64,000 nt of DNA from assembly GCF_009914755.1 (NCBI RefSeq), contig NC_060947.1; one strand, given 5' to 3'. Under the pieces are notes generated by a model. The model did not search any database. It worked only from the letters and a program-made list of their open reading frames with translations, and was not told the DNA's origin. The translations under genes were made by a program, and so were the position numbers. Source of the DNA: the human T2T-CHM13v2.0 reference genome, Homo sapiens. Positions 41,873 through 56,670 of the stretch are shown in pieces; within the stretch, counting starts at the first letter, position 1; every line of letters begins with the position of its first letter.

Positions 41873-42693
41873 CTATCCCTTTAAAAGCTAGTCTATTATC
41901 AGTTGAGTTCTACCATTTATTTTCATGAAATGTCTGATCGAGCCCACAATAATCACTCCAGGCTAATTTTCTAAAAGCCCAGATTCATCATACAACAGTC
42001 CCATTCAAGAACTTATAGTAAACATTATTTTAAAGCGCAATGCCTCCATTTGCCTTTCATGGCTTTCCTACTTATCTAACCTCCACTCTTCATCAATGCC
42101 AGGCCAATTTCATCATCCCTTAAGCCTGGTACATAAATTCTTACCTCTGTCCCTTTGCCCAAACTGTTCAATCTCTCATTCACACTTGATTCTTCCCTTT
42201 ATCCAATTAAATACTAACCATCTTTTATAGGCCAACCAAGTCTGATTTTTCTCCCATCAAAATTGTATCTGAATGCTCCATCCTTCCCCTATTATAAGCA
42301 AAGATACTCAGCACCAGTCACATCAGCACTTCATTCTTTCCCTTTTAAGAATGTTACTTTTTTCTCCCCAACCGGATTATCAGCTCCTTCAGGTATCTGA
42401 TTGTACTTCCTGGATAGATCTCTCACAGTTTTTAGTTACTGTGATAGAAAGGCAACATGGCATTGTGTTTTAAAAACTTTTTTTTAAAAAGCAGGCACGT
42501 CCTCTCTTTGAATTAAATCTTATGTTGAAGTCCAATACATTAAAAAGATAAAAGAGGGGCTCTGACTGAAATGGGATGTCGGGATCAGAGTGTTCATTGC
42601 CTGGCCCCTCTGTACTTGCTTAGCCACATGGTAGCAGTCCCTAAAGCATCTCCTGGGGTTCCTTGTAACACAGTTTGAAAACGACTGGGTTCA

Positions 42694-43433
42694 CAATGAG
42701 ATGCCATCTCACACCAGTTAGAATAATGATCATTAAATAAGTCAGGAAACAACAGATGCTGGTGAGGATGTGGAGAAATAGGAACGCTTTTACACTGTTG
42801 GTGGGAGTGTTAGTTCAACCATTATGGAAGACAGTGTGGCGATTCCTCAAGGATCTAGAACCAGAAATACCATTTGACTCAGCAATCTCATTACTGGGTA
42901 TATACCCAAAGGATTATAAATCATTCTACTATAAAGACACATGCACACGTATGTTTATCACAGCACTATTTACAATAGCAAAGACCTGGAACCAACCCAA
43001 ATGCCCATCAATGACAGACTGGATAAAGAAAATGTGGCACATACACACCAAGGAATACTATGCAGCCATAAAAAGAATGAGTTCAAGTCCTTTGCAGGGA
43101 CATGGATGAAGCTGGAAACCATCATCCTCAGCAAACTAACACAAGAACAGAAAACCAAACACTGCATGTTCTCACTCATAAGTGGCAGTTGAACAATGAG
43201 AACATATGGACATGGGGAGGGTTACATCACCCACTGGGGCCTGTCAGGGGGTGGGGGGAAAGGGGAGGGAGAACATTAGGACAAATACCTAATGTATGCA
43301 GGGCTTAAAACCTAGATGACGGGTTGATAGGTGCAGCAAACCACCATGGCACATGTATACCTATGTAACAAACTGCATGTTCAGCACACGTATAACAGAA
43401 CTTAAAGTAAAAAAGAAAAAAGAACAAAAAAAA
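42694..43433 (+). mobile_element. L1PA7-like 3' fragment
   Basis: ORF2 C-terminus ([16 protein letters not shown]...WNQPKCP), 3'UTR and A-tail. Confidence 0.92.
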
Positions 43434-43720
<287 letters not shown>

Positions 43721-43990
43721 GAGGTAGAAGGAGAGGGAGAGGGAGAGGGGGAAAGGGAGAGAGGGAGAGAGGGAGAGAGGGAGAGAGGGAGAGAGGGAGA
43801 GAGGGAGAGAGGGAGAGAGGGAGAGGGAGAGAGGGGAAGAGGGAGAGAGGGGAAGAGGGAGAGGGAGAGAGGGGAAGAGGGAGAGGGAGAGAGGGGAAGA
43901 GGGAGAGGGAGAGAGGGGAAGAGGGAGAGGGAGAGAGGGGAGGAGGGAGGTGGGGGTGGGGGAGAGAGGGGGAGGGGAGAAGAGAGAAAG
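43721..43990. repeat. ~270-bp GA-rich homopurine tract
   Basis: GGGAGA / GGGAGAGA / GGGGAAGA units with only three T. Confidence 0.97.
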
Positions 43991-44364
43991 AAAACTACTG
44001 GGTTCAAATTCTAGCTGTAACACTTACTGGTCATGTACCCTTGTGTAATCACAAACTCTAAATCTCAGCTTCCTGAGATAATGTATATGAGACAGGCCTT
44101 TGTAAACCTTAAAGTTTTCCATAAATTTGAGGAGTATTTAACCTTCACAAGACATAAGCTAAACTGACTATATTATACCATCTTAACAGTTATATCACAC
44201 AATATTACTGACTGTGAAAGCATTCTATATTTTAAAGTCCAGATTTATTTAAACTAAAATAAAGCATCCTAAATGTCATTCAATTCTGGAAATCCCAGGT
44301 CCTCTGCTTTGCTTCTTGTATTTGAAAATAACTTTCTAATCTCCATTTGGAGGACAAAAAATTA

Positions 44365-44540
44365 TAATGATTAAGAGTAATGCTTTTGAGTTGGTCAGAT
44401 ATGATTTGAAGACCAGCTTTACAATATGGTGTGTAAACTTGGGTAAGTTACCTAGCCTCTCTGAACCTCAGTTTCCTCATCTTGAAAATGAAAACAGGAC
44501 TATCTGCTTTTCAGCTGCTGGATTGAGGGAGATAATCTGA
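44365..44540. mobile_element. MIR
   Basis: ttgggtaagttacctagcctctctgaacctcagtttcctcatc core. Confidence 0.75.
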
Positions 44541-44992
44541 ACAATGTCTTGTTTTTCTTAGTATTCTCTCACAGTATACCTCTCAAAGTCAGCAAATAAT
44601 ACACGTTTATAAAATTAACTGGTTTCCTGCAACCCGAAATTCACCATATGAATAAATTCGAAGTAATTTCCCCTTTTCTAATTGGAAAATTTGTCTGCTA
44701 CTTCTTATAAAAGTTGAAGTGTAAAGTATATTAGAAAATATGCTAATTAGATATATTATATGTGGCATAAAATATGTGTTTCAGAATATACTATCTTTTT
44801 GTGGTGCTATATGGAGAACAGATCAAGCACCCTATCATTTATAATTTTCTAGACAAAATTCATTAAATATCATTTTATTATCCTTGAAAAATTCTGAAAT
44901 ATAGCCTTAATCAGATGACTAAATTTGATATCAGTAGTAAAATTTCCTTAGTCCACGTTGGTTTGTTAAGCCAATAATCTAAATATGTTTAC

Positions 44993-45187
44993 CTTTGGCA
45001 GCATGGGAGTATCCCTCTTCTTCTTCTTTTCTGAATTAGGGTCATCTAATAAGTCTGGCTCAAAAGTATAAAGTTCAGTAAGCTCATTCATAGTAAAATG
45101 ACGCTCCACCTGCTGCTGATCAACAACTCGAAAAGACAGTGACTGCTTAGTTACTTGCCGATCATAAATCTTATCTTCCATGGTTCC
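44993..45187 (-). CDS. ATRX: ATRX coding exon ~30 (195 bp, phase 0-0)
   Basis: tttacaaag|GGAACC...CCAAAG|gtaaac; GTMEDKIYDRQVTKQSLSFRVVDQQQVERHFTMNELTELYTFEPDLLDDPNSEKKKKRDTPMLPK (inside ORF 44966..45250). Confidence 0.97.
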
Positions 45188-46210
45188 CTTTGTAAAAAGA
45201 AGGAAGAATATACAAAAAAATAAAATTTTGTAAGCATGAAACTTAATCAAGGATAAATACGGTTACTGGTTAATATGAAATGGTAAAACTTTATGGTAGT
45301 ATATTGCCATAAAGAAAAACTCATCAGCAATTTTGCTTAATTCATGAAAGATTTCATCTGTTTAGCATAGTTTACCATAATAAATAAAATTACATTACTG
45401 ATAATTATTCTATATTAACTGACCAAAATGCATTCAAGTGTTGCTTTATTTATTTCTGTACTCTGTAGGAGGAGGACAGCAGGCAGATACCAGAGTAAAC
45501 AGAAATAAAGGGACAGACACAAAAAACATTTAGGTAAATATTGAAGTTAGAATGCAAGAGAGCAGTTTGATTCCTTTTCAATGTAATATAATAAGCTATC
45601 AACAAACACCATAAAATGCCTTTATATCGTTTTATTTTCTATAATTTCAAGACAGAAAACAAATATAAAATACCATATCCATTACATATAAACTACATTA
45701 ATTAAATGTATACATTATATTAAATGTATATTAAATATAATACAAATTATAAATGAGAATGTACAGAAGTTTTAAACTTAACAGGAAAGAAAAAAATAAA
45801 AGAAAATTGAATAAATAAACAAATAACAGGAAAGAGTTTACATAAAGTTGTCAATCAACTTATGTACTAAAGAAGATCAAATAAGCAAGGATCTACCAAA
45901 AAAAACCCAGTTTCTGGTTAAGAAGCCCAGATTTGGAGGCAGGCTGAGAGGGGTTGCATCTGCTGGGGGTAGCATCTGCTAAATGTGTTCATGCAAAACA
46001 ATCTCAACCTGAGAAAGATGACATCACAGAAATGGATACACTACAAAACAGAAAATCAAGAAAAGCCAAAACTGACTTCTGCTGCTTTATGTACAGAAAT
46101 GGTATTTCCAACTTTGTTTCCCTCTCTGTAATACACATATGTTCCATATCTCTAAAATATTATCAGTTTCACATAAACTTTCAATATGAAAAAGAGAATT
46201 ATAAACCTAC

Positions 46211-46388
46211 CTGAGCTAAGAACCTATATACATAAACAGGCTTAGTTTGTCCAAAGCGATAAACTCTGAATATACTCTGGATGTCATAAGATGGATTCCA
46301 AGAAGCGTCGAATATAATTACTCGATTAGCAGCTACCAGATTAATTCCTAGAGATCCTGCTTTAGTAGAAATGATAAATAATCGTCCT
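46211..46388 (-). CDS. ATRX: ATRX coding exon ~29 (178 bp, phase 2-0), helicase motifs V and VI
   Basis: ttttcag|AGGACGA...GCTCAG|gtaggt; [59 protein letters not shown]. Confidence 0.97.
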
Positions 46389-46867
46389 CTGAAAATGAAA
46401 ATATAGAATAAATGCTTCAGTAATTAGTACTTTACAAATATTTTAATTACAATATGACTTTTTGATACTTAGTTTTTTTTTAACTATCAAGAGTTCAGAG
46501 AATTCATTTCTTACTTACTGAAGAAAATAATATATTATCTAAGGAGTCAGGATGATAATACATATGCCCAGGAAGAATCCTATTGTTGGAAAATAAAATC
46601 GTCTGATTTAAGAATAAAGATGAAATGAAAAATCAAATATTTACAATGTAGTCAAGGTTTTATCTACAGATTTCTGAATAAATTTAGAGAATTTATATGT
46701 AACCTGAAAGTCTATATTGTATTGGGTACAGCTAGGGGCACTAAGTACATCAAAATGAAGGAAAATGCAAAAGTAGGTGAATATGTAGGGGTGACTCAAC
46801 ATTTATAATACAGCATAAAGAATGTAAGGAGAGGCGTTAGACAGATGCAAGGTACTGAGGTAGATAA

Positions 46868-47297
<430 letters not shown>

Positions 47298-48848
47298 GGA
47301 TTTACAATATTTCTACAGGATAATTTAGGAATGAATTGGTGATAGGTATATAGAAAACTAAGCAAATGGTAAAAACGAATGAATACTTCAGCAAAATATA
47401 ATAAACAAGTACACGAAAAAGGAAAAACAATCACAGTATTCAAGTGGCTTACAAATATTTACGTAGCCACAATAAAGAAAATACTGCAAATTAATTTAGG
47501 CAAATATTATGAAAAATTATACTGGGAAAACGAATGAGGAAAAGTGTGCCTGTGCTTGTGGTAAATTACTACCTTACACTTTAGAAAGGATGTATGTAAG
47601 TAAGTAAGAATTGCCAAGAGTTGAAATTGGTTACCTCCAGAAAGTAGAAATCACAGGTAGAAAGAGGTTTGGTCACGGGACTGGTTTTTATTTGAAGCCT
47701 TGTAAAACTATCTGTTTTTTAAAAATATGTAAATATATTACTTTGATATTAATGAAAATTTAATTTGAAAAAGATTGGATAAACACTTTTTGAAAATAAA
47801 AACAACTCTAAGGAAAAGAATTACTCAGTTCCACTCCCCAGAAACAACCTCCATTCAAATCATGATATATTTCCTACAGTTTTCTTTTTTTCTAAATATA
47901 TACTTTTTAAATTTTGCAGTCAGGATAGTAACTGTATATACAATATGTATTATGAACATTTCCCCAAATTTCTTGGTAAACATCATGCTTGGTAGCTGCA
48001 TAGTATTTCATTGGATGATTGTACAGTAATTTATTTAATAATTTGCTTATTGCTGGTAACTTACAGAGTGACAAAAATCCCTGGAATATAATAAGCTCTC
48101 AATAATCAACACAAAATGTTTTTCTTTTCTTTCATGAAAGAAAATTAATGACTAAAATGCCATACTAATTACATTTATAGCATTCACTATACACTAGAAT
48201 GCAAAGAAACTCTAAATTTAAATGATGGGAAAAAGTTTACAATTTAGTCTACCAATCATATTATATACTAAAGAAAAATCCTGGTATAAAATAAATAGAG
48301 ATACTAAATTCATGTTTTATGTCAATTTGGAGCTACCACACATCTATGAATACAGACTATAGAAATTATCACAAAAGTTGACCAATTTTGAAGAAAATGT
48401 ATTTATCACAGTGTTATTTTACAGTAGCATAAGGTTGAAAATTAAACAATATGTATAACATAGAGAAGTAAATTACACTCTGGCTATGTTACCATTAAAA
48501 ATCCAAAATACTATGTTATGCGGAAGAAAAGCAGAATATAGAGCCTTACTAAATACAATTGCAAATGCATTAAAAACAAAACATATAAACACAATGTTAA
48601 TAGTGGTTCTCTGTGGTCAGTGGGATTATGATGACAAGTTTCATCTTTATACCTCTATAACACATAGTCATTACAGAGAATAAACTGTAGCATCTTTCAT
48701 TAGAGGACATACTTGAAGGTATATGGGTAAATGCTGGTCCAAAATTATTCCAGTTATTAATATCTATCCCACATAAGCAAAAGATGGCATAGAGCTATAC
48801 AAAAGAATCAAGCATATAGAATGGTATAAACTATGTAGGTTAAAAAAC

Positions 48849-48879
<31 letters not shown>

Positions 48880-49029
48880 ACACACATGAAACCTTAAAGA
48901 ACTTCAATACGCAAGTCCATATTGAGATAAACTACCCAATACCTTTTTTAGATATTCTTAATACTAAGTATTAGTATTAAAGTATATGCTCAAAACAAAC
49001 ATAATTAAAATATAAAGCATTATTTGCAT

Positions 49030-51170
49030 AATGCTCCTATAAACCATATTATACGTGTCTTTTGATAAAAGCATTTCTGTCAGGTACATATCTAAGAGTG
49101 GAATTGCTGAGTCATAGGGTATTTACATGCACTGTTAAACTGAACAAATTGTTCTATAAAGTAGTTATTCCAATTCATATTCCCACCAGCATTATATGAG
49201 GCTTCCAGTTGTTCAGGTCCTTGACAACTCATGGTACTATCTTTTTGTTTTTATTATAACCTTTCAAAAACAGTTTAAGGTTCACAAAAATTACAGCAGT
49301 CGAGCTCCCATATATCCTTCACTCTCGGCTTCCAATGGTAACCTACAACTTATATAACAACAATACATTGTCAAAACCAGGAAATTGATGTTGGTATGAA
49401 CTCAAGTACAGAGCTCATTTGGGTTTCATCAGTTTTTTGTTTGATGTATAGTTCTACAAAATTTTATCATGCATGTAGAATCACATAACCATTACCATAG
49501 CAGGATACAGAACTGTTCTGTCATCACAAAAAAACACCTTCCTTGTGTTATCCCTTCGTATTCATGCCCTTCCCCTAACCCTAAACCCTGTCAACTACAG
49601 ATCAGTTCTCTATCATTATACTTCTGTCAAATCAAGAATGGCATTTTCCAGTTAGCATGAGATCCATATAAGTTGTTGCTTGGATCAGTAAGCTGAGCAG
49701 CATTCCACTACATAGATATACCACAATTTGTTTATCCATTCACATGTTAAATAACATTTGGTTGTTTCTAGTTGAGGACCATTCTAAATAAAAGCTGCTG
49801 TGAACATTTGTGTTTAGGTTTTTATGTGAAAATGTTTTCATTTCCATGGGATACATTTCTGAGAGTGTAATTGCAAGGTTATATGACAAGTATGTTTAGT
49901 TGTTTAGTTTTGTTTTTTTAAACTGCCAAATTGTTTCCCAGAATGGTTGTTATTTTATATTCCCACTAGTAATGTAGGATAGATCTAGTTTCTCTATATC
50001 CTCACAAGCATTTAATGTTGTCACTATTTTTTATTTTAGCCATGCTGATAGGTGTGAAGTGACAACTCATGTGGTTTTAAATTACATTTTCTTTCTTTTT
50101 TAGAGACAAGATCTCACTCTGTCTCCCAGGTTGGAGTGCAGTGGCACAATCATAGCTCACTGCAACCTCGAATTCCTGGGCTCAAGTGATCCTCCTTCCT
50201 CAGCCTCCTAAGTAGTTATGACTATAGACATGTGCCACCATGCCCAGCTAATTGTATTTAATTTTTTGTAAAGACAGATTCTCACCATGTTGCCCAGGCT
50301 GGTCTTGAACCCATGGCCTCAAGTGATCCTCTCACCTCAGCCTCCCAAAGCCCTGGGATTGCAGGCCTGAGCCACTAGCCTCACCTAAATTACATTTCCC
50401 TAATGGCTAGTGATGCTATCTTTTCATATGCTTATTTGACATGCATAGCCTTCTTCAGAGAAGTGTCAGTTCAAGTCCTTTGCCCATTTACTAACTGGGT
50501 TGTTTTCTTTCTGAGTTCTTTATACATTCTGAATGAGTCCTTTGTTAAATATGCAAATTGCAAATATTTTCTCCAAGTCTATAAGTTGTCTTTTCCTTTC
50601 CCTAAGAGTCTTTCACAGACAAAAGTTTTTATTTTTGATTAAGTCCAATTATTGATTTTTTATTTAATGGGTTATATGCCTTTGGCATCATGACTAAGAA
50701 CTCTGACTAACCCTAGATGCAGAAGATTTTCTTCTGTTTTCTTATACAAGTATAATAGTTTTACATTTAGATTTATGATTCCTTTTGACTTGATTTTTTA
50801 AAATATGGGTAAGGCTTAAGTAAAGGTTTGTTTTTGGCCTATGAAAGTCTAATTGTTTCAATACCAGTTTTTGAAAAGGCTATGCTCTCTCCATTTAATT
50901 GCTTTTGCATCTTTTGTCAAAACCATTTTTAACTTGAATTTCTCTGATAATTAATAAGGATCACCATGCTTTCATACATTTATTGGCCATTCAGATATCG
51001 TCTTTTGTAAAGTCCTGTTCAAGTTTTTGCCCATTTTTCTATTGGGTTGTCTAGTTTATCCAATTGATTTTTAAGAGTTATTTATATATCCTGGATGAGA
51101 CCTTTTTATATCTATATATTGGAAATAGCTTCTCCAACTTTGTGGCTTGCCTTTACACTCTTAATGTGAA
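49030..51170 (-). mobile_element. Ancient L1M fragments, with an AluJ at ~50092-50385 (minus)
   Basis: Reverse L1 3' motifs (ggaattgctgagtcataggg, tcccaccagca, tttgcccattt); Alu flanked by aaattacattt. Confidence 0.75.
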
Positions 51171-51178
51171 ATGACGTT

Positions 51179-51239
51179 TGTATTAGTCAGGGTTTTCCAG
51201 AGAAACAGAACCAAAAGGAGTTAAGAACTTGTGTGTACA

Positions 51240-51279
<40 letters not shown>

Positions 51280-51749
51280 CATATTACGGCATTAGCCTCA
51301 CTGTGATTATGGAAGCTGTGAAGTGCTACAATGTACTGTTCACAAGCTGCAAAACCAGGGAGCTAATCGTATAAATCCTGGTCCCAGTTCAAAGGCCTGA
51401 AAATCCGGGGGTAGGGTTGTGGGTGGGGGCAGTTGGTATAAGTCCTAGTCTGTCTGAGTCTGAAGGCTGAAGAACCATGATTACCAATCTCCAAGGGCTC
51501 GATAAGATGGATGTCCCAGCTCAAAGAAAGAGAGAGCAAATTTGCCCTTCCTCTGCATTTTTGGTCTATTCAGGCCCTCAATGGGTAGGATGATGCCCAC
51601 TCACACTGATGAGGGCAATCTTCTTTACTCAGTCTATTAATTCAAATACCCTTTCAGGAGCACCCTCACAGACATATCCAGAAGTGTTTTATCAGCTGCA
51701 TGGGCATCTCTTAGTGCAGTCAAAATGACACATAAAATTAACTATCACA
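51179..51749. mobile_element. MLT2 (ERVL) solo LTR with internal (TG)n
   Basis: tgtattagtcagggtt..ccagagaaacagaacc at the start and tgacacataaaattaactatcaca at the end; (TG)n ~51243-51276. Confidence 0.85.
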
Positions 51750-51862
51750 CCTTTGGTGAACAGAAGTCCTTAATTTTAATGAAGCCCAAATTACCAATCT
51801 TGTATACATACAAGGAACAGAAGGCAGCTCTGAAAAGTCAGAAGGATGAGGCAGATGGGTAG

Positions 51863-52220
<358 letters not shown>

Positions 52221-53096
52221 GTTACAGACTTTCTTTCTGCCTCATGTATCCTAGATTGGTTGCTGAAGAACTCCAGAAGGTGCTGTCAAAAAAATCTCCA
52301 AGAAAAGCCTACCCTCCAGCCAAAGGACCAGGAAAGGGGCAGCACAGCAAGACAGAAAATGTTAGGATAACCACTCAATTCCAACCAAACAGTACAGCAA
52401 AAAATGCAGCTGAATCCTCACCTTTCTACCGTAACCAAGTTATAACAAGGCACTACCAGGGTGGGGTCAGACAAGTCTGATTTCACAAGGTCCTCCCTGT
52501 GACCCAACAGTGTCAATGAAGACCATGTAGGGAAACAATACATCCACCCACACCCAGCAGTTACAAGAAAACCCCTTCCCTTCCTACTGGAATTATACCA
52601 CCATCCAATAATAACTAATGAGTCACCCCCTGTGATGTCAGTGGAGGCCATCTGGAAAGAAGTAAACAGGTAATCTTGAGCCTCTGTCCCCCCACCCAGC
52701 CAAGGTAATACCAGTAGAGGCCTAGTGAGGAGACTGAACTCCCACTATCAACTGGCAACAATGTGGTAGGGCGTCTCATGCCCTGCCAAAACATTTGTCA
52801 GAAGATGCCTACTATACCAAAAGATTTAAATAAAATCCAGCATCTCATGATATAGTAACCAACATGCCCAGTTTAAATAGAACTTTCTCATAATAAGAAC
52901 CAGAAAAATCTCAAGTTCAACGAGAAAAGACAATCAACAGACACCAACACTGAGATGACATAGATGTTAGAATTGTCTGACAAGGATTTTTAAAGTAGTC
53001 ATTATAAAAATGCCTCATAAGCAATTATTAACATACTTGAGACAAATGAAACAAACAGTCTCAGCAAAGAAACAAGAAGACATAAAAAAAGAATCA

Positions 53097-53403
<307 letters not shown>

Positions 53404-54006
53404 TTAGAACTGAAAAATATAACAGAAATTAAAAACTCAGAATGTGTTCAGTAGAAAGCAGAGAACAGAAGATTTGGTGATTTTGAAGACTAAACAACAG
53501 AAATGGCCTAATCTGAACAACAGAGAAAAATGGAATGGAAAAGAGACTCATGTACCCATGGGACTATAACAAAAGATTTAATATTTTTGTCATTAGAGTC
53601 CTAAAAGAAGAGGAGAAGGAAGGAGGGGCTGAAATTCAAAGAAATAATGACTGAAAATTACCAAAATGTATTAAGAAACATAAACCTGCAGCTTAAGTAG
53701 CTGAATGAACCACAAACAGGATAAACCCAAACAAATACGTGACAAAATATATCAGTCATCTTCCAAAAACGTAGAAAAATAATCTTGAAAGAAGAGAGAA
53801 ACGACACCTTATCTAAGGGGGGAAAAACAATTCAAACAGCAGGTTTCTCATAAGAAACCAGGGAGACGAGAAGGTAGTGACACATATTTTTCAAGTACTG
53901 AAAGGAAAGAATTGCCAACCCAGAATTCTATATCCAGCTGAAATACCATTCAAGAATGAAGGGGAAATCATTTGTTGCCAGCGGACTTGCTGTTAAAGAA
54001 TGGCTA

Positions 54007-54296
54007 GGCCAGGCATGGTGGCTCACGCCTGTAATCCCAGCACATTGGGAGGCCAAAGCAGGTGGATCACTTGAGCTCAGGAGTTCAAGACCAGCCTGGG
54101 CAATATGGTACAACCCCATCTCTACAAAAAATACAGAAATTAGCCAGGTGTGGTGGTGCCCACCTGTAGTCCCAGCTACTTGGGACGCTGAGGTGGGAGG
54201 ATGGCTTAAGCCTAGGAGGTCAAGGCTGCAGTGAGCTGAAATTGCACCACTGTATGCCAGCCTGGGTGACAGAGCAAGACCCTGCTTAAAAAAAAA
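54007..54296 (+). mobile_element. AluJ-like with TSD
   Basis: Flanked by gaatggcta. Confidence 0.9.
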
Positions 54297-56521
54297 GGAA
54301 TGGCTACAATAAGTTCTCTAAATACAAAGCAAATGATATAAAAAGGAATACTGAAACATTAGGGAGAAGTAACAGCAAATAATAAATATAAGTCAATACA
54401 ACAATTTCATTCTGTTGTGTTTTCTAAATTATATTCTATGGTTGAAGAAAGAATGATTACACTGACTGATATGGTTAAACACTTGAGACAGTCATATTAT
54501 AAAAAGGGAATCAAAAGGATATAAAGAGGTAAGGTTTCTGCACATCAATTAAACTGGCAAAATGACACCAGTAGACTGTAATAAGTGTGTGTATAGGTAT
54601 GATGTAATACCTACAGCAACCACTATCAAAGCTATACAAAGAGAAACACTAAAAAAAACTACAGATGAATCAAAATAGAATTTCAAAAATATAAAACTAA
54701 CCCACAGGAAGGGAGGAAAAAGAAATCATAAACAAAAGAAAATAAAATGAAAGAGAACCAACTGAACAAAAAAATAAAATGGTAGACTGAAGCCTTACAT
54801 TAAATATAAACGGTCTATATACACCATTTAAAAGAAAAATTAAGTGGATAAAAAATAAAACAAAAAACATGACCCAATCACATGCTGTCTACAAGAAACT
54901 CACTTCAAATACAACAACATAGGTGAGTTGAAGTAAAAGGATGAAAAACTATATACCGTGCAAACACCAATCAAAATAAAACAAGAGTGGTTATATTAGT
55001 ATCAGATAAAACAGATTTCAGAGCAAAGAAGATTATGAGGGATAGACAGGGGCACAGCAATACTAAATGTGCATAATAAACAACAGAGCTGAAAATATCA
55101 GAAGCAAAACCTGACAGAACTGAAGGAGAAACAGAAAAATCCACAATTATAGTTGGAGATTTCAACCTTCCTCTCAAAAACTGATAACCACATAGCCAAA
55201 AAAAAAAAATCAGCAAAAGTAAAGAAAAATACAAGAACCTCATCGAAAAACAAAATCTAATCAGTATTTATAGAACACTCCACCCAACAACAGCAGAGTA
55301 CATATTCTCTTCAAGGGCCAGTCTACTTGAGACATAAAACAAAGCATAACAAACTTAAAAGAATTGAAATCATACAGATTATATTTCCTGAACATAATTG
55401 AACTAGAAATCCACAACAGAAAAATAATGGGAACCTCCAAACGCATGGAAATTAAACAACATGCTTCTAGCTGAGCCAAAGATGAATTCTGAAATAAAAA
55501 TATACTGAACTAAATGAAAATATAACACATCAAAGTTTGTATAACTAAAGCAGTGCTGAAAGCGAAATTTATAACACTAAATGCTTACATGAGAAAAGAA
55601 AAAAAGTCTCAAATCAAATTAGTAATCTAAGCTTCTACCTCCAGAAAGTAGAACAAGAGCAAAACAAACCAAAAGCAAGATGAAATTAAAATAGGAAAAA
55701 AAAAAAAAGAAAAAGAAAATCAAGGGAATAAAACACTAGTTATTTGTAACAATTAATGAAACTGACAAACCTCTAGCAAGACTAGTAAAAAGAAAACACA
55801 CAAATTACCAGTATCAGAAGTGAAACAGAAGCTATCACTATAGACCCTAAAGACATGAAAAGGATATTAAGAAAATGCTATGAACAATTCTACACATATA
55901 TTTGAAATTACGATGAAATGAACCAATTCTTACAAAAGCACAAACTACAACAACACATTCAATATAAAATAGATCATTTGAATAATCCTAAAACTACTGA
56001 GGAAATTTAATTAGTGATTTTTAAACTCCCAAAAAAAGAAATCTTCAAGGCCAGAACTGGTTTCACTGGCAAATTTTACCAAACATTTAAGATTAACACA
56101 AATCCCCATAATTTTTGTCAGAAAATAGAAAACAATTATTGACTTATTTTATGAGGTCGATATTAACCTGATACCAAAACCAGACAATGACAACACGAAA
56201 ACAACTGAATATATAAGAGTAACTCTCATAAATATCTCTCAACAAAGTATTAGCAAACAGAACCAAGTACTATATCAAAAGAATTATCCTTACGATCAAG
56301 TGGAGTTTTATTCCAGGCATGAAAAGTTGGTTCAGTATTCAAAAACCAATCTACATAGCACACCATATTAACAGATTAAGAAGAAATAACAGATGATACA
56401 AACTGAGGCAGAAAAAGCATTTGTCAAATGTAAACACCTATTCGTCATAAAAACTCAGAAAATTAAGAATAGAGGGGAACCACCTCAACTTGATGAAGAG
56501 TAATTACAAAAAAAGTACAAC

Positions 56522-56670
56522 ATGGCTGTGCATTCCTACTCAAAGAGGCTGAGGCAGGAGGATCCCTTGAGCCTAGGAGTTCGAGGCTGCAGTGAGGTAT
56601 GATCACACCACAGAACTCCAGTCATGGTGATAGACAGAAACCTTGTCTCAAAACAAAAACAAACAAAAAC
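56522..56670 (+). mobile_element. Alu monomer (right-arm/FRAM-like)
   Basis: gaggctgaggcaggaggatcccttgagcc...gaggctgcagtgag followed by a tail. Confidence 0.78.

Noticed and set aside
48958-48980. Perfect 10-bp hairpin ttaatactaa-gta-ttagtattaa
   Set aside because: Short and AT-rich. Likely chance in 64 kb.
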